Assembly: GCA_037127915.1 (NCBI GenBank)
Contig: JBAXXL010000004.1
Location: 32,509 to 96,508, forward strand
Length of the DNA: 64,000 nt
Origin: a bacterium
Lineage (GTDB): Bacteria > Bacteroidota > Ignavibacteria > Kapaibacteriales > UBA2268
Reading direction: 5' to 3'
Shown here: positions 18,470 through 27,778 of the stretch, one piece after another
How the letters are laid out: each line of letters begins with the position of its first letter
How positions within the stretch are numbered: position 1 is the stretch's first letter
Made by a program: the position numbers and the translations under genes
Notes under the pieces: model-generated
What the model was told of the DNA's origin: nothing
The model's database searches: none
What the model saw: the letters and a program-made list of their open reading frames with translations, nothing else

Positions 18470-21079
18470 TTAATCTTTTACGCAACGAACTGCGAAACCA
18501 TTGCCCTTGTAGATGCCGTAACTACTCTGACTAGAAAAAAGATTATACAGGAACCTGCTCCATGCTTGTGCGGTACTGTACTCATTAGAACTCCACCAAT
18601 AACAGCGGTATCCAATAGCGTAGTAAGTCCCATAGAATCCTCTATATCCGGCTGGGAGAGCCGAAAATCCATATTTATCAGTAGCATCTGTGTTTGGGCT
18701 ATACCACAAACCATCTTTTGCTTCGATTGTACCTGTACTTTTTAATTTACTGCCAGCTAAACTTTCACCTCCAAGATAATCAGATAAAGTCGTCCACTCT
18801 CCATCGCTCGGTACGTGCCAGCCTGTCGGAGCCAATCCGCGAGAATCTTTAACCGCATACCAATTATATAGCTTGCCGTAAATTGCTCCCACATCAGGGT
18901 CGTTATTGTAATAGCACCAAGCACCTTCTCCTTTGCTATTGGCATCTGCCCAGTCAACAGCCGTTTCAGCGTATCGGATTTTGGTTCCATCACGGTAAGT
19001 TGAAACATCAAGGTTTTTCTTCATCCATATCTGTGTACCAATGGTAACGGATTTGTTGCCGTCAGGGTCGGTAGGCTTAACGGTAAAATCAACATCATTG
19101 CTTTTTGTTCCATTTACAGTTACTGATACTTTACCGGTTAATGCACCAGTAGGCACTTTTAATTTTATTTCGGTAGCACTCCAGCTTTGGTAATCACTTT
19201 GCTTTGGATTTATAGAATTAAATGAAACAAAGCCTGTGCCTTGCGTTGTGCGGAAACCAGTACCGGTTAGAGTGATAATTTCGCCTATTTCAGCTGAAGT
19301 TGGAGAAATAGAATTTAAAGTAGGAGCCTCTGAGTCTTTAACACAACGAACTGAGAAGCCACTTGACTTACTATCATTGCGCCTGTAAATAACGGTAACA
19401 TTGTAAAACAGATATCTGCTCCAAGCACCTGTGGTATAAGACATAGTCGAACTCCACCAATAACCGCTGTATCCCATATTATAGAATATTCCATCAGTAG
19501 TACGTGCTCCACCGGGTAACCCTGAAAAGCCGATTTCATTCGTGGCACCTGTATTCGGACTATACCACAATCCATCTCCAGCCTCTATTGTTCCTAAGCT
19601 TTTTAATTTTCCGCATGCTACGCTATCTCCGCCTATATAATTTGTCAACGTAGTCCATTCATCATCGCTTGCTACGTGCCAACCTACAGGAGCTAAACCG
19701 CGTGTGTCGTTTAATGCGTACCAATTGTAAAGTTTTCCGTAGGTCGTTCCGTTGTTAGCTTCATTTTTATAATAGCACCAAGCCCCGGTTTTGAGATTTT
19801 TCCATTCTGTTGAATCAGTAATCTGAGGTATTGTGTCTCCATTTCGGTAAAAACATACATCGAGATTTTCTCCCATCCATACTTGTGTTCCAATGGTATC
19901 AGATGTATATGAATTTCTTTCAGTGCATGGAGTTAAAACTATAAAATCTAATCCATTGATTTTTGTCCCATTTACAGTTACTGAAACTTTGCTTGTTGTT
20001 GCTCCGATTGGAACTTTTAATTTTATTTCGGTATCGCTCCAGCTTTGGTAATCACTTTGCTGTGGTTTCGTATCATTAAATGAAACGTAGTTTGTTCCTT
20101 GAGTTGCGCCAAAGCCGGCACCGGAAAGAGTAACAATATCACCGATTGATGCGGAAGTTGGCGTTATAGAATTTAAAATAGGATTATATAAATCTTTTAT
20201 GCAACGAACCGAGAAGCCACTAGCTTGATAATTGTCCTCCTTGTAAATACCCGATTCAGCCAAATTCAGGGCCCTGCTCCATGGATGTGACGTAATGCCT
20301 TCAGTAGAACTCCACCAATCACCACCGAAACCAATATTACCGAACCAACCATAATTGTAATGGCGGGAGCCACCAGGTAGTGCAGAAAAACCGGTTTCAT
20401 TCGTTGCACCTGTATTTGGACTTAACCAATGAGTTGTTCCTGCTTCTTTCAACTTGCCGCCGGCAACACTTTCTCCGCCCAAATAATCAGAAAGAGTTGT
20501 CCACTCTTCATCGCTCGGTACATGCCATCCATCTGGAGCTAAACCGCGAGAGTCATTTACAGCATACCAATTGTAAAGTTTGCCGTAAACCGCTCCCAAT
20601 GCAGGGTCGTTATTGTAGTAGCACCAAGCACCGCTTGTTAAATTAACCCAAGCTATGGAATCAGTTACTTGAGGTATCTCATCACCATTGCGGTAATGGT
20701 CAACATCAAGATTCTTACACATCCAAGTTTGAGTGCCAATTACAACTTCAGTACATGTATTTGGAATGAAAATGATACTGTCTATATCGGTTATACTAAA
20801 ATTTTCTGATGAACTTAGTAGATTAATTGTTAATTTGGTGGAATTAATAAACTCAATTGAATTTATATCTATCACATTATAAGTATTTATAGAGCCATTT
20901 GCAAAGATTTCCATTGAATAAGACAAATTTGATTTGATAAAATCAAGCCTCGATATATCAGCAATTTTGTATTCTTTAGTCTGGCTTCCATCATTAAGAT
21001 AGAATTTTACTACAGGGTCTAGAGCATAAAGCGATAATGCAAAAAAGAACATCAATAAAATAAGTATAACTTTTTTCAT
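18470..21079 (-). CDS. Secreted protein: 3 N-terminal beta-repeats, 3 FISUMP (Fib_succ_major) domains and 2 IPT/TIG domains; no CTD
   Basis: Three copies of IGTQ.WM..NLDV...YGKLYNWYA...P.GWH....EW...GF.VRC.KD; two copies of LNSI.PTSA.IG.I.TL.G.GF...WS.TEIKLKVP. Confidence 0.92.
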   Translation of the reverse strand: MKKVILILLMFFFALSLYALDPVVKFYLNDGSQTKEYKIADISRLDFIKSNLSYSMEIFANGSINTYNVIDINSIEFINSTKLTINLLSSSENFSITDIDSIIFIPNTCTEVVIGTQTWMCKNLDVDHYRNGDEIPQVTDSIAWVNLTSGAWCYYNNDPALGAVYGKLYNWYAVNDSRGLAPDGWHVPSDEEWTTLSDYLGGESVAGGKLKEAGTTHWLSPNTGATNETGFSALPGGSRHYNYGWFGNIGFGGDWWSSTEGITSHPWSRALNLAESGIYKEDNYQASGFSVRCIKDLYNPILNSITPTSASIGDIVTLSGAGFGATQGTNYVSFNDTKPQQSDYQSWSDTEIKLKVPIGATTSKVSVTVNGTKINGLDFIVLTPCTERNSYTSDTIGTQVWMGENLDVCFYRNGDTIPQITDSTEWKNLKTGAWCYYKNEANNGTTYGKLYNWYALNDTRGLAPVGWHVASDDEWTTLTNYIGGDSVACGKLKSLGTIEAGDGLWYSPNTGATNEIGFSGLPGGARTTDGIFYNMGYSGYWWSSTMSYTTGAWSRYLFYNVTVIYRRNDSKSSGFSVRCVKDSEAPTLNSISPTSAEIGEIITLTGTGFRTTQGTGFVSFNSINPKQSDYQSWSATEIKLKVPTGALTGKVSVTVNGTKSNDVDFTVKPTDPDGNKSVTIGTQIWMKKNLDVSTYRDGTKIRYAETAVDWADANSKGEGAWCYYNNDPDVGAIYGKLYNWYAVKDSRGLAPTGWHVPSDGEWTTLSDYLGGESLAGSKLKSTGTIEAKDGLWYSPNTDATDKYGFSALPAGYRGFYGTYYAIGYRCYWWSSNEYSTAQAWSRFLYNLFSSQSSYGIYKGNGFAVRCVKD

Positions 21080-21090
21080 AAATCACCTTC

Positions 21091-21549
21091 CTATTTAACC
21101 AAAATCATTTTTTTGGATTGAACTTCGCTATTGAATCGTACTTCGTAGTAATAAACTCCGCTCTCGACGCGATTTTTATTCTTGTCTAAGCAGTTCCAAG
21201 GTAGCGTGTTTTTACCAATTTGGCAGTTATTACATTCTAACTTTTGGATTTGTTTTCCGCTATTATCATAGATAATGACCGCAACATCGCCTATAGTTGC
21301 AATTTCAAACTCAATATTAGTCTGCTCCTGAAATGGATTCGGATAATTTCCGGCGACCGACAAACCTTTTGCGATTTTTGTCGGCTCGTTTACGGATGTA
21401 ACATTCTCAAATTTGATCTTTTGGATTTTATTAACAGCAATTTTCTCTATTTGGTTGTTTTTCAGTTTAATAACCAGTGTATCTGTTTGTGCATTTAACA
21501 AGAAGTTACAAGCAAATAGCACTATAAAAGCGGTTGTTAGAAATTTCAT
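21091..21549 (-). CDS. Small secreted protein: one beta-repeat plus T9SS/FlgD-Ig-type C-terminal domain
   Basis: Signal peptide; NYPNPFQEQTNIEF...IYDNSGKQI...W...VESGVYYY...KKMILVK. Confidence 0.88.
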   Translation of the reverse strand: MKFLTTAFIVLFACNFLLNAQTDTLVIKLKNNQIEKIAVNKIQKIKFENVTSVNEPTKIAKGLSVAGNYPNPFQEQTNIEFEIATIGDVAVIIYDNSGKQIQKLECNNCQIGKNTLPWNCLDKNKNRVESGVYYYEVRFNSEVQSKKMILVK

Positions 21550-21753
21550 CTTTTTTACTCCAAAGAATAATTTATTTATAATCTATAGATATTTTTATTT
21601 TACTTTTATACGACGGATGTAAATCCGAAATTGTTTGTAAAATACTATTTATATTTTGTTATCTATTTATGGCGAAAAATTAATATAAAATTTTGACATA
21701 TACAAATAAATGAACAAAATAATAAATAAACTGAGTCAAATCCTTGACAAAGA

Positions 21754-21789
21754 AAAAGGAACTCGTTGATAAAACAATGAGTTCCTTTT
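21754..21789. terminator. Terminator hairpin 3' of tRNA-Ser
   Basis: AAAAGGAACTC-14 nt-GAGTTCCTTTT; T-run on the minus strand. Confidence 0.8.
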
Positions 21790-21790
21790 G

Positions 21791-21877
21791 TGGAAAGGGA
21801 GGGATTCGAACCCTCGGTACAGTTCCCCGTACACACGCTTTCCAGGCGTGCCAGTTCAACCACTCCTGCACCTTTCC
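21791..21877 (-). tRNA. tRNA-Ser(GGA)
   Basis: GGAAAGG/CCTTTCC acceptor stem, CACGC-CTGGAAA-GCGTG anticodon arm, long variable arm, GGTTCGAATCC T-arm; CCA not encoded. Confidence 0.96.
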
Positions 21878-21967
21878 TTATGGTTGTATCTTTTTTGCAT
21901 TTTAAAGAACCCAAAATTACGCATTTTTTGTTATATTTGAAAATATCTTTAAGAAAAAAGCGAAAAA

Positions 21968-23026
21968 ATGGGAATATCGAGACGAGATTTGTTCAAATTC
22001 AGCGGCGCCGCAATTGGTGTAGCCGCGCTTGCGAAGTTCGCCCCAAAAGCGATTGGTGAAGAATTACCATCCTCAATTTTAAACTTAACTGATGATGATT
22101 GCATAATACCGCCGCTCCTAAGAAAAAACTCACTCGTAGCTATTACAGCTCCCGGAAGCCCTACTAATACTGGTGAATGCAGATTTGGTGTAAAATTGAT
22201 GAAGGACAATTTGTGTCGAGTGGTTTTTGGTGACACTGTAGCTAAACAAAAAAATGAATATAAATATTTGTCCCAAACAGATGAATTTCGTGCCGCAGAA
22301 TTTATGAGTTTTATCAAAAACCCCGATGTAAATGCAATTTTTACTGCTCGGGGAGGTTATGGCTCATCACGAATCTTGGATTTATTAGATTATGATATAA
22401 TTAGAGAGAATCCTAAACAAATCATAGGATTCAGTGATGTAACGGCTCTATTAACTGCAATTTACGCACGAACCAAAATTGTTACTTATCACGGACCGGT
22501 TGCTTCAAGTTCTTTAAATGAATTTACAAGTGGCTATTTACAAAAGATAATTTTCGAAAGTCCAAAATTTGAACCTGTTGTTTATCAATCACCTACTATG
22601 CTGACAATTGTCCCTGGTAAAACCGCAGGGCGGCTAATTGGTGGAAATCTATCGGTAATATGCTCGCTAATGGGTACAAAATATGAAATAGATACGAAGG
22701 ACGCAATACTTTTTCTTGAGGATGTATCGGAAGATGCATATAAAATTGATAGAAATTTTAATCAATTAAAATTAGCCGGAAAATTTGACGATGCCGCCGG
22801 AATAATGTTTGGCATATTTCCTAATCTGAACCGTAGAAGAAATTTTTATCCGAATATGGGATATACAATTAGAGAGCTATATGATCAATATTTCAGCAAA
22901 TATAAGAAACCTATAGTTTACGATGTACCTTTCGGACATTTGGAAAACAACCTTACTTTACCGATTGGCACAATGGCGGAATTGGATTCGACGAAGGGTA
23001 AACTTGTTTTATTTAATGCGGTGTAA
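21968..23026 (+). CDS. S66 LD-carboxypeptidase with Tat signal peptide
   Basis: SRRDLFK twin-arginine motif; ARGGYG, GFSDVT (Ser), LEDV (Glu), FGH (His). Confidence 0.92.
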   Translation: MGISRRDLFKFSGAAIGVAALAKFAPKAIGEELPSSILNLTDDDCIIPPLLRKNSLVAITAPGSPTNTGECRFGVKLMKDNLCRVVFGDTVAKQKNEYKYLSQTDEFRAAEFMSFIKNPDVNAIFTARGGYGSSRILDLLDYDIIRENPKQIIGFSDVTALLTAIYARTKIVTYHGPVASSSLNEFTSGYLQKIIFESPKFEPVVYQSPTMLTIVPGKTAGRLIGGNLSVICSLMGTKYEIDTKDAILFLEDVSEDAYKIDRNFNQLKLAGKFDDAAGIMFGIFPNLNRRRNFYPNMGYTIRELYDQYFSKYKKPIVYDVPFGHLENNLTLPIGTMAELDSTKGKLVLFNAV

Positions 23027-23028
23027 TT

Positions 23029-24015
23029 ATGAAAATAGCTGTTTCTTGCGGTGATGTTAATGGTATTGGTCTGGAGTGTTTCTTTAAAGCACTTGATATG
23101 TTTTTTGCAAAATCTGATTTCGCAGATAATTGTCAAATCGCTTTAGCGGTAGCGCCTTCAACCTTAAAAGAATATGCCGAGAAACTCCATATTCCAATAT
23201 CAATAAACGAAAATCTAATAAACTATAAAGGTTACCAAATAGAATTGCTTGTATGCGATTCTGAAGTAAAACCGGAATTTGGAAAAGTAACTCAGCAATC
23301 CGGAAAATTAGCCCAAGAAAGTGTTTTAAAAGTTATTGATTACATTCGTCGTGGTGAAGCCGACGCAATAATGACTCTACCAATATCAAAAGAAGCGGTT
23401 TATTTGGCAGGATGGGGCTTTGCGGGGCATACAGAGCTATTGGGTTCTTGCTACAACGATCCGAATCCGTTGATGATCTTATTTGCAGGTAAACTTCGAG
23501 TGGCTTTGGTAACAATTCATTCAGCTTTGCGCGAAATTCCAGATTTAATAACCCAAGAACGCATTATTGAAACTTGTACAAAATTCTACAATTCACTAAA
23601 ATTTGATTTTGCAATTCCCAATCCTAAAATTGCTGTACTTTCGTTGAACCCGCACGCAGGTGAAAATGGTACTATGGGTAAGGAAGAAATCGAAATCATA
23701 TCGCCCGCTATTAAATCACTCAATGACAATGGTATTTCTGCCGAAGGACCATTCCCATCGGATGGCCTTTTTGCACACAAGGAATTTGAAAAATATGACG
23801 GAATTGTATCAATGTACCATGACCAAGGTTTAACAATTTTGAAGTATATAGCTCAAGGCGGTGGTGTGAATTTTACAGCCGGTTTACCAATTATTCGTAC
23901 TTCACCCGACCATGGTACTGCTTTTTCTTTAGCCGGACAAAATATAGCAAATGCCCAAAGTACGCTCGACGCATTAGTTTGGGCATTTGAAATTTATAAA
24001 AACCGCAATTTGTAA
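23029..24015 (+). CDS. pdxA: 4-hydroxythreonine-4-phosphate dehydrogenase
   Basis: GD.NGIG.E, GHTE, LNPHAGE, MYHDQGL, RTSPDHGTA. Confidence 0.94.
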   Translation: MKIAVSCGDVNGIGLECFFKALDMFFAKSDFADNCQIALAVAPSTLKEYAEKLHIPISINENLINYKGYQIELLVCDSEVKPEFGKVTQQSGKLAQESVLKVIDYIRRGEADAIMTLPISKEAVYLAGWGFAGHTELLGSCYNDPNPLMILFAGKLRVALVTIHSALREIPDLITQERIIETCTKFYNSLKFDFAIPNPKIAVLSLNPHAGENGTMGKEEIEIISPAIKSLNDNGISAEGPFPSDGLFAHKEFEKYDGIVSMYHDQGLTILKYIAQGGGVNFTAGLPIIRTSPDHGTAFSLAGQNIANAQSTLDALVWAFEIYKNRNL

Positions 24016-24018
24016 GGT

Positions 24019-25056
24019 CTATTTATCTTCCGGTTCATTAAACTTGAACATATTATCTTTTCGCCACTTGAGATACTCTTTTACAATATCGGTATTGCTT
24101 TGAGCCCAATTTTGGAAACCGACCGGATCGCCATTGTAAAATATCAAATAATTATAGGTTTCGAACTGTCCTTCTTGAATTACTTTATTTATATAATCAT
24201 ACAGGAAATTCCCGTAGCGGTTGTTTATACCATCCTTATACCATAGATTAAAAAATCCTTTTCTCAGAAGATATAATTCTTCTAAATTCAACCCATCCGA
24301 TAAATCGATGTTTTTTGCCGCTCTATTAAGAACCATTTCGAAAGCCAGTTCAAAATATGTATTTTCTTTCGTGCTTTTCCTAAATGAAAAAATATAACCT
24401 AATGAGTCATTTTTAATTATTGACTTATTGTATATATTAAAACATAACTTGCTGATTTCATTAATTTTTGTATCATTATTGGATAAATTCAAAAAAGTTT
24501 CAGCACTTACTAATGCAAAAATATCCATAGAATCTTTGTTATACTGTTTTGCCAAACGATAATGCAAATTATCATAGTTAGGTTGAACACGTGTTCCTTG
24601 TGCCCAAAAATTCAACCCTTCTTGGATTTTATCTTCTTCAATTGATATAATTCCTAATTCCATATATAAACGACCGGATTTTGGGAACCTGCTTAAACCT
24701 TCGTTGTAAATATCACGGGCTTCATCTCTTTTAGCAAGGTAATCGAAGCAATTTCCTAGCAACTGAAAAACTTGCTCATTTGCTTCAGGGTGTCGTTTTA
24801 AAGAGTCCAAAATCTTCATAGCTTCAGGAAATTTCTCTTTATCATAATACGCAACGGCAATTTCGTAAGGATAAAATATTGATTTTGGGTCTAACTTTTG
24901 AGCTTTCTTTAAAAGATCGATTGCCTCGGTAGTTTTTTTCTCATTTATTAGCTTTATAGCTTGATTCCCAAGATCTTTCGCTTGTTCTATTTTGTTTTGT
25001 GAGTATATTTGTAAAGTTGATAATATTATAATCACAAAAATTAGTAATTTTTTCAT
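24019..25056 (-). CDS. Secreted TPR protein
   Basis: Signal peptide; TPR-like helices (KAQKLDPK, GLSRFPKSGRLYMELG). Confidence 0.8.
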   Translation of the reverse strand: MKKLLIFVIIILSTLQIYSQNKIEQAKDLGNQAIKLINEKKTTEAIDLLKKAQKLDPKSIFYPYEIAVAYYDKEKFPEAMKILDSLKRHPEANEQVFQLLGNCFDYLAKRDEARDIYNEGLSRFPKSGRLYMELGIISIEEDKIQEGLNFWAQGTRVQPNYDNLHYRLAKQYNKDSMDIFALVSAETFLNLSNNDTKINEISKLCFNIYNKSIIKNDSLGYIFSFRKSTKENTYFELAFEMVLNRAAKNIDLSDGLNLEELYLLRKGFFNLWYKDGINNRYGNFLYDYINKVIQEGQFETYNYLIFYNGDPVGFQNWAQSNTDIVKEYLKWRKDNMFKFNEPEDK

Positions 25057-25129
25057 TTTTTGGTTTCGAGTAATTTATAAAATACAAATATACTTTAAAC
25101 GAATAAATCAGCAAAAAGTTAAGGTGAGA

Positions 25130-26755
25130 ATGATGAAAATAGAAGCAAATATCGTAGATATTATTAAAAAAAAGGTATTTTTTGGCTCTATTCAAATAGA
25201 AAGTGGAAAAATATACTCAATCAAAGAGAAAACCGGTAAATCAGATAAATACATTTTACCGGGTTTTATTGATTCCCATATTCATATTGAAAGCACAATG
25301 CTTGTGCCATCCGAATTTTCACCGGTTGCGCTATCATTCGGTACAACCGCTGTGGTAGCCGATCCCCACGAAATAGCAAATATTTTGGGAATTAAAGGCG
25401 TTCGTTATATGATTGAGAATGCCGAGAAAGTTCCTTTGCGTTTTTATTTTGGTGCGCCAAGCTGTGTTCCGGCTACTGAATTTGAAACTTCCGGAGCCGT
25501 AATCACACCCGATGATATTGAAACCCTAATGGAAAACGACGAAGTGAGTCATTTATCGGAAGTGATGAACTATCCGGCAGTTTTAGCGGAAGTACCCGAT
25601 ATAATGACCAAAATGGAGATTGCAAAAAAGTTTGGAAAAGAAATAGATGGTCACGCGCCGCACTTATCGGGAGTGGATTTAGAAAAATATATTTCTGCGG
25701 GTTGCCGGACTGACCACGAAGCTGATAGCTTTGCAGAAGGTGAAGAAAAAATCCAAAAAGGAATGAAAATACTTATCCGCGAGGGCTCCGCCGCGAAAAA
25801 TTTTGATGCTTTAGCTGATTTAATTGATAAATATCCTGAAAGCGTTATGTTTTGCTCTGACGATATTCATGCGGATGATTTGGTTAAAGGGCATATCAAT
25901 CTACTCGTTAAGCGTGCAATTGCAAAGGGATATGATTTGTTTAATGTTCTGCGTGCCGCTTCACTGAACCCAAAGAAGCATTATTACTTGAACACAGGTT
26001 TGCTGGAAAAAGGCGACAATGCGGATTTTATTATAGTTGATAGTTTGACCGACTTCAATGTTTTGGAAACTTACATAGCCGGTGAAAAAGTATTTGATAG
26101 GGCAGAACCTATTACAAAAAAGAATCCAGTTCGGTTAGTTAATAAATTTGATACAATCCCAAAAGTAGTTGAAGATTTTAATGTGATCGCTAAGGGTGAC
26201 ATGGTTAAAGTAATAGTTGCCGAAAACGGGGAACTTATTACTAAGAAAATCATTGCTAAAGCCAAAATTGAAAATGGATTTGCATTAAGCGATGTTGAAA
26301 ACGATATTTTAAAAATTGTGAATTTGTCGCGATACAATACTACAAAACCGTCAATAGCTTTTATAAAGAATTTTGGATTGCATAGCGGTGCAATAGCTTC
26401 GAGTATAGCGCATGATTCGCACAATATTATTGCCGTTGGTGCGGATGATGATAGTTTGTTGAAAGCAGTAAATTCCATTATTAGAGCGAAAGGTGGAATT
26501 TGTGTTTGCTCTGACGGCGAAATTGACCAATTGGATTTGCCGGTTGCCGGACTAATGTCGGACCTAAGTGCCGAAAAGGTTGCGTCGAAATACACAGAAT
26601 TAAACAAAAAGGTCAAAGATTTGGGTTGTAAGCTCGATGCTCCATTTATGACGCTCTCATTTATGGGATTGTTAGTGATTCCTGAGCTTAAGCTGAGTGA
26701 TAAAGGATTGTTTGATTCGACGACTTTTCAGTTTATAGAATTATTTGAAGAATAA
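25130..26755 (+). CDS. ade: Adenine deaminase
   Basis: PGFIDSHIHIES, DPHEIAN, DGHAP, TDHE, REGSAAKN, AHDSHN; start moved to MMKIEAN. Confidence 0.95.
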   Translation: MMKIEANIVDIIKKKVFFGSIQIESGKIYSIKEKTGKSDKYILPGFIDSHIHIESTMLVPSEFSPVALSFGTTAVVADPHEIANILGIKGVRYMIENAEKVPLRFYFGAPSCVPATEFETSGAVITPDDIETLMENDEVSHLSEVMNYPAVLAEVPDIMTKMEIAKKFGKEIDGHAPHLSGVDLEKYISAGCRTDHEADSFAEGEEKIQKGMKILIREGSAAKNFDALADLIDKYPESVMFCSDDIHADDLVKGHINLLVKRAIAKGYDLFNVLRAASLNPKKHYYLNTGLLEKGDNADFIIVDSLTDFNVLETYIAGEKVFDRAEPITKKNPVRLVNKFDTIPKVVEDFNVIAKGDMVKVIVAENGELITKKIIAKAKIENGFALSDVENDILKIVNLSRYNTTKPSIAFIKNFGLHSGAIASSIAHDSHNIIAVGADDDSLLKAVNSIIRAKGGICVCSDGEIDQLDLPVAGLMSDLSAEKVASKYTELNKKVKDLGCKLDAPFMTLSFMGLLVIPELKLSDKGLFDSTTFQFIELFEE

Positions 26756-26825
26756 ACCAAGAATGAATTACACATAGGAATTTTCGCAGATATGGGGTTA
26801 CCCCAAAACTCAGAAAATAGCACAA

Positions 26826-26897
26826 TAGCTCAGACAAGAATGTCTAAGCTACTATATAAATCAATAGCATAGTAGAATAGACATTCTTGTCTGTTCC
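26826..26897. repeat. Inverted REP-like doublet
   Basis: CAGACAAGAATGTCTA (26831-26846) and its exact reverse complement TAGACATTCTTGTCTG (26878-26893). Confidence 0.75.
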
Positions 26898-26975
26898 TAT
26901 AAACTTTTGTTTTTGAAATGGCTTCTATCTCTGAACAACTCTTTGTAAAAATTTTCGTAGAAATTTGTAAGGAAC

Positions 26976-27587
26976 TTACCCCAAAATTTTATTTCTGTGC
27001 TTCAGCAGTTCAGTTTTTAGATAAATTAGGCTTTGGTTTTGGGAATTGTCGAAAAGCGGAATAAGTGTTTTGGATATTTCTTCGAGGTATTTTAAAACAT
27101 TGCCCGTTACGTCGATGTCGAAACAGCGGATTGTGTCCAAATGCTCCGCTCCTAAAATCAATAAATAATCATCGTTACAAACCTGTGATTGTAAATTGGT
27201 GTTTTCATCCGGATTTTCGTATTTTTGACATAAGGTATGGCTGTCAGTAATACATTGAATCAAATATGTGGTATATGCTCCAAAATTAAAGTCAATTATC
27301 TCGGGAGTAATATCGTTGGTCAAATTGAAAACATCGTGGAGAAGTGCCGCGCAAATCATTTCGGGCTCAAAAATATTTAGCTCGTCAATCAATATATAGC
27401 ACACACGTGTAGCATGATTAAAACTATTCATACCAAAAGGTGTTAGTTTGGACGAACAAATCATTTCGGCCATTTCGTAAGCAGAGAGAATGCGGTTGAT
27501 TTCCAAACTGTCCAATCTGTCCATTAGTAGAAATTCTATGTCGCCGGAATCTATATATACATCTTCATAATGGGAGTAAATTTCCAT
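26976..27587 (-). CDS. Stand-alone RelA/SpoT-type HD-domain protein with degenerate motifs
   Basis: AYEMA...H.TRV..IL...ICAALLHDV...IDFNFG. Confidence 0.7.
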   Translation of the reverse strand: MEIYSHYEDVYIDSGDIEFLLMDRLDSLEINRILSAYEMAEMICSSKLTPFGMNSFNHATRVCYILIDELNIFEPEMICAALLHDVFNLTNDITPEIIDFNFGAYTTYLIQCITDSHTLCQKYENPDENTNLQSQVCNDDYLLILGAEHLDTIRCFDIDVTGNVLKYLEEISKTLIPLFDNSQNQSLIYLKTELLKHRNKILG

Positions 27588-27778
27588 TAATTTTCTGTTT
27601 TCTAATTTTATTAAAGTGCTAATATAAGAATTATTAAGCAGAAATTTACATCCAAACTATTAAAAATCCAAATAAAAATAAAAAAACATCGCAGATGTTT
27701 TGGAAAATTGTTAGGCTTTTTATAATTTTGCTAAATATTATGAATTTATTTATGATTTATGTAATTAGGGGTTTTGAT

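Noticed and set aside
18000-21877. tRNA-Ser-anchored genomic island containing the FISUMP module
   Set aside because: No integrase, and I found no duplicate of the tRNA 3' end at the left border.
21663-22059. ORFs 21663-21914, 21680-21871 and 21790-22059
   Set aside because: They are shadows of the tRNA-Ser gene.
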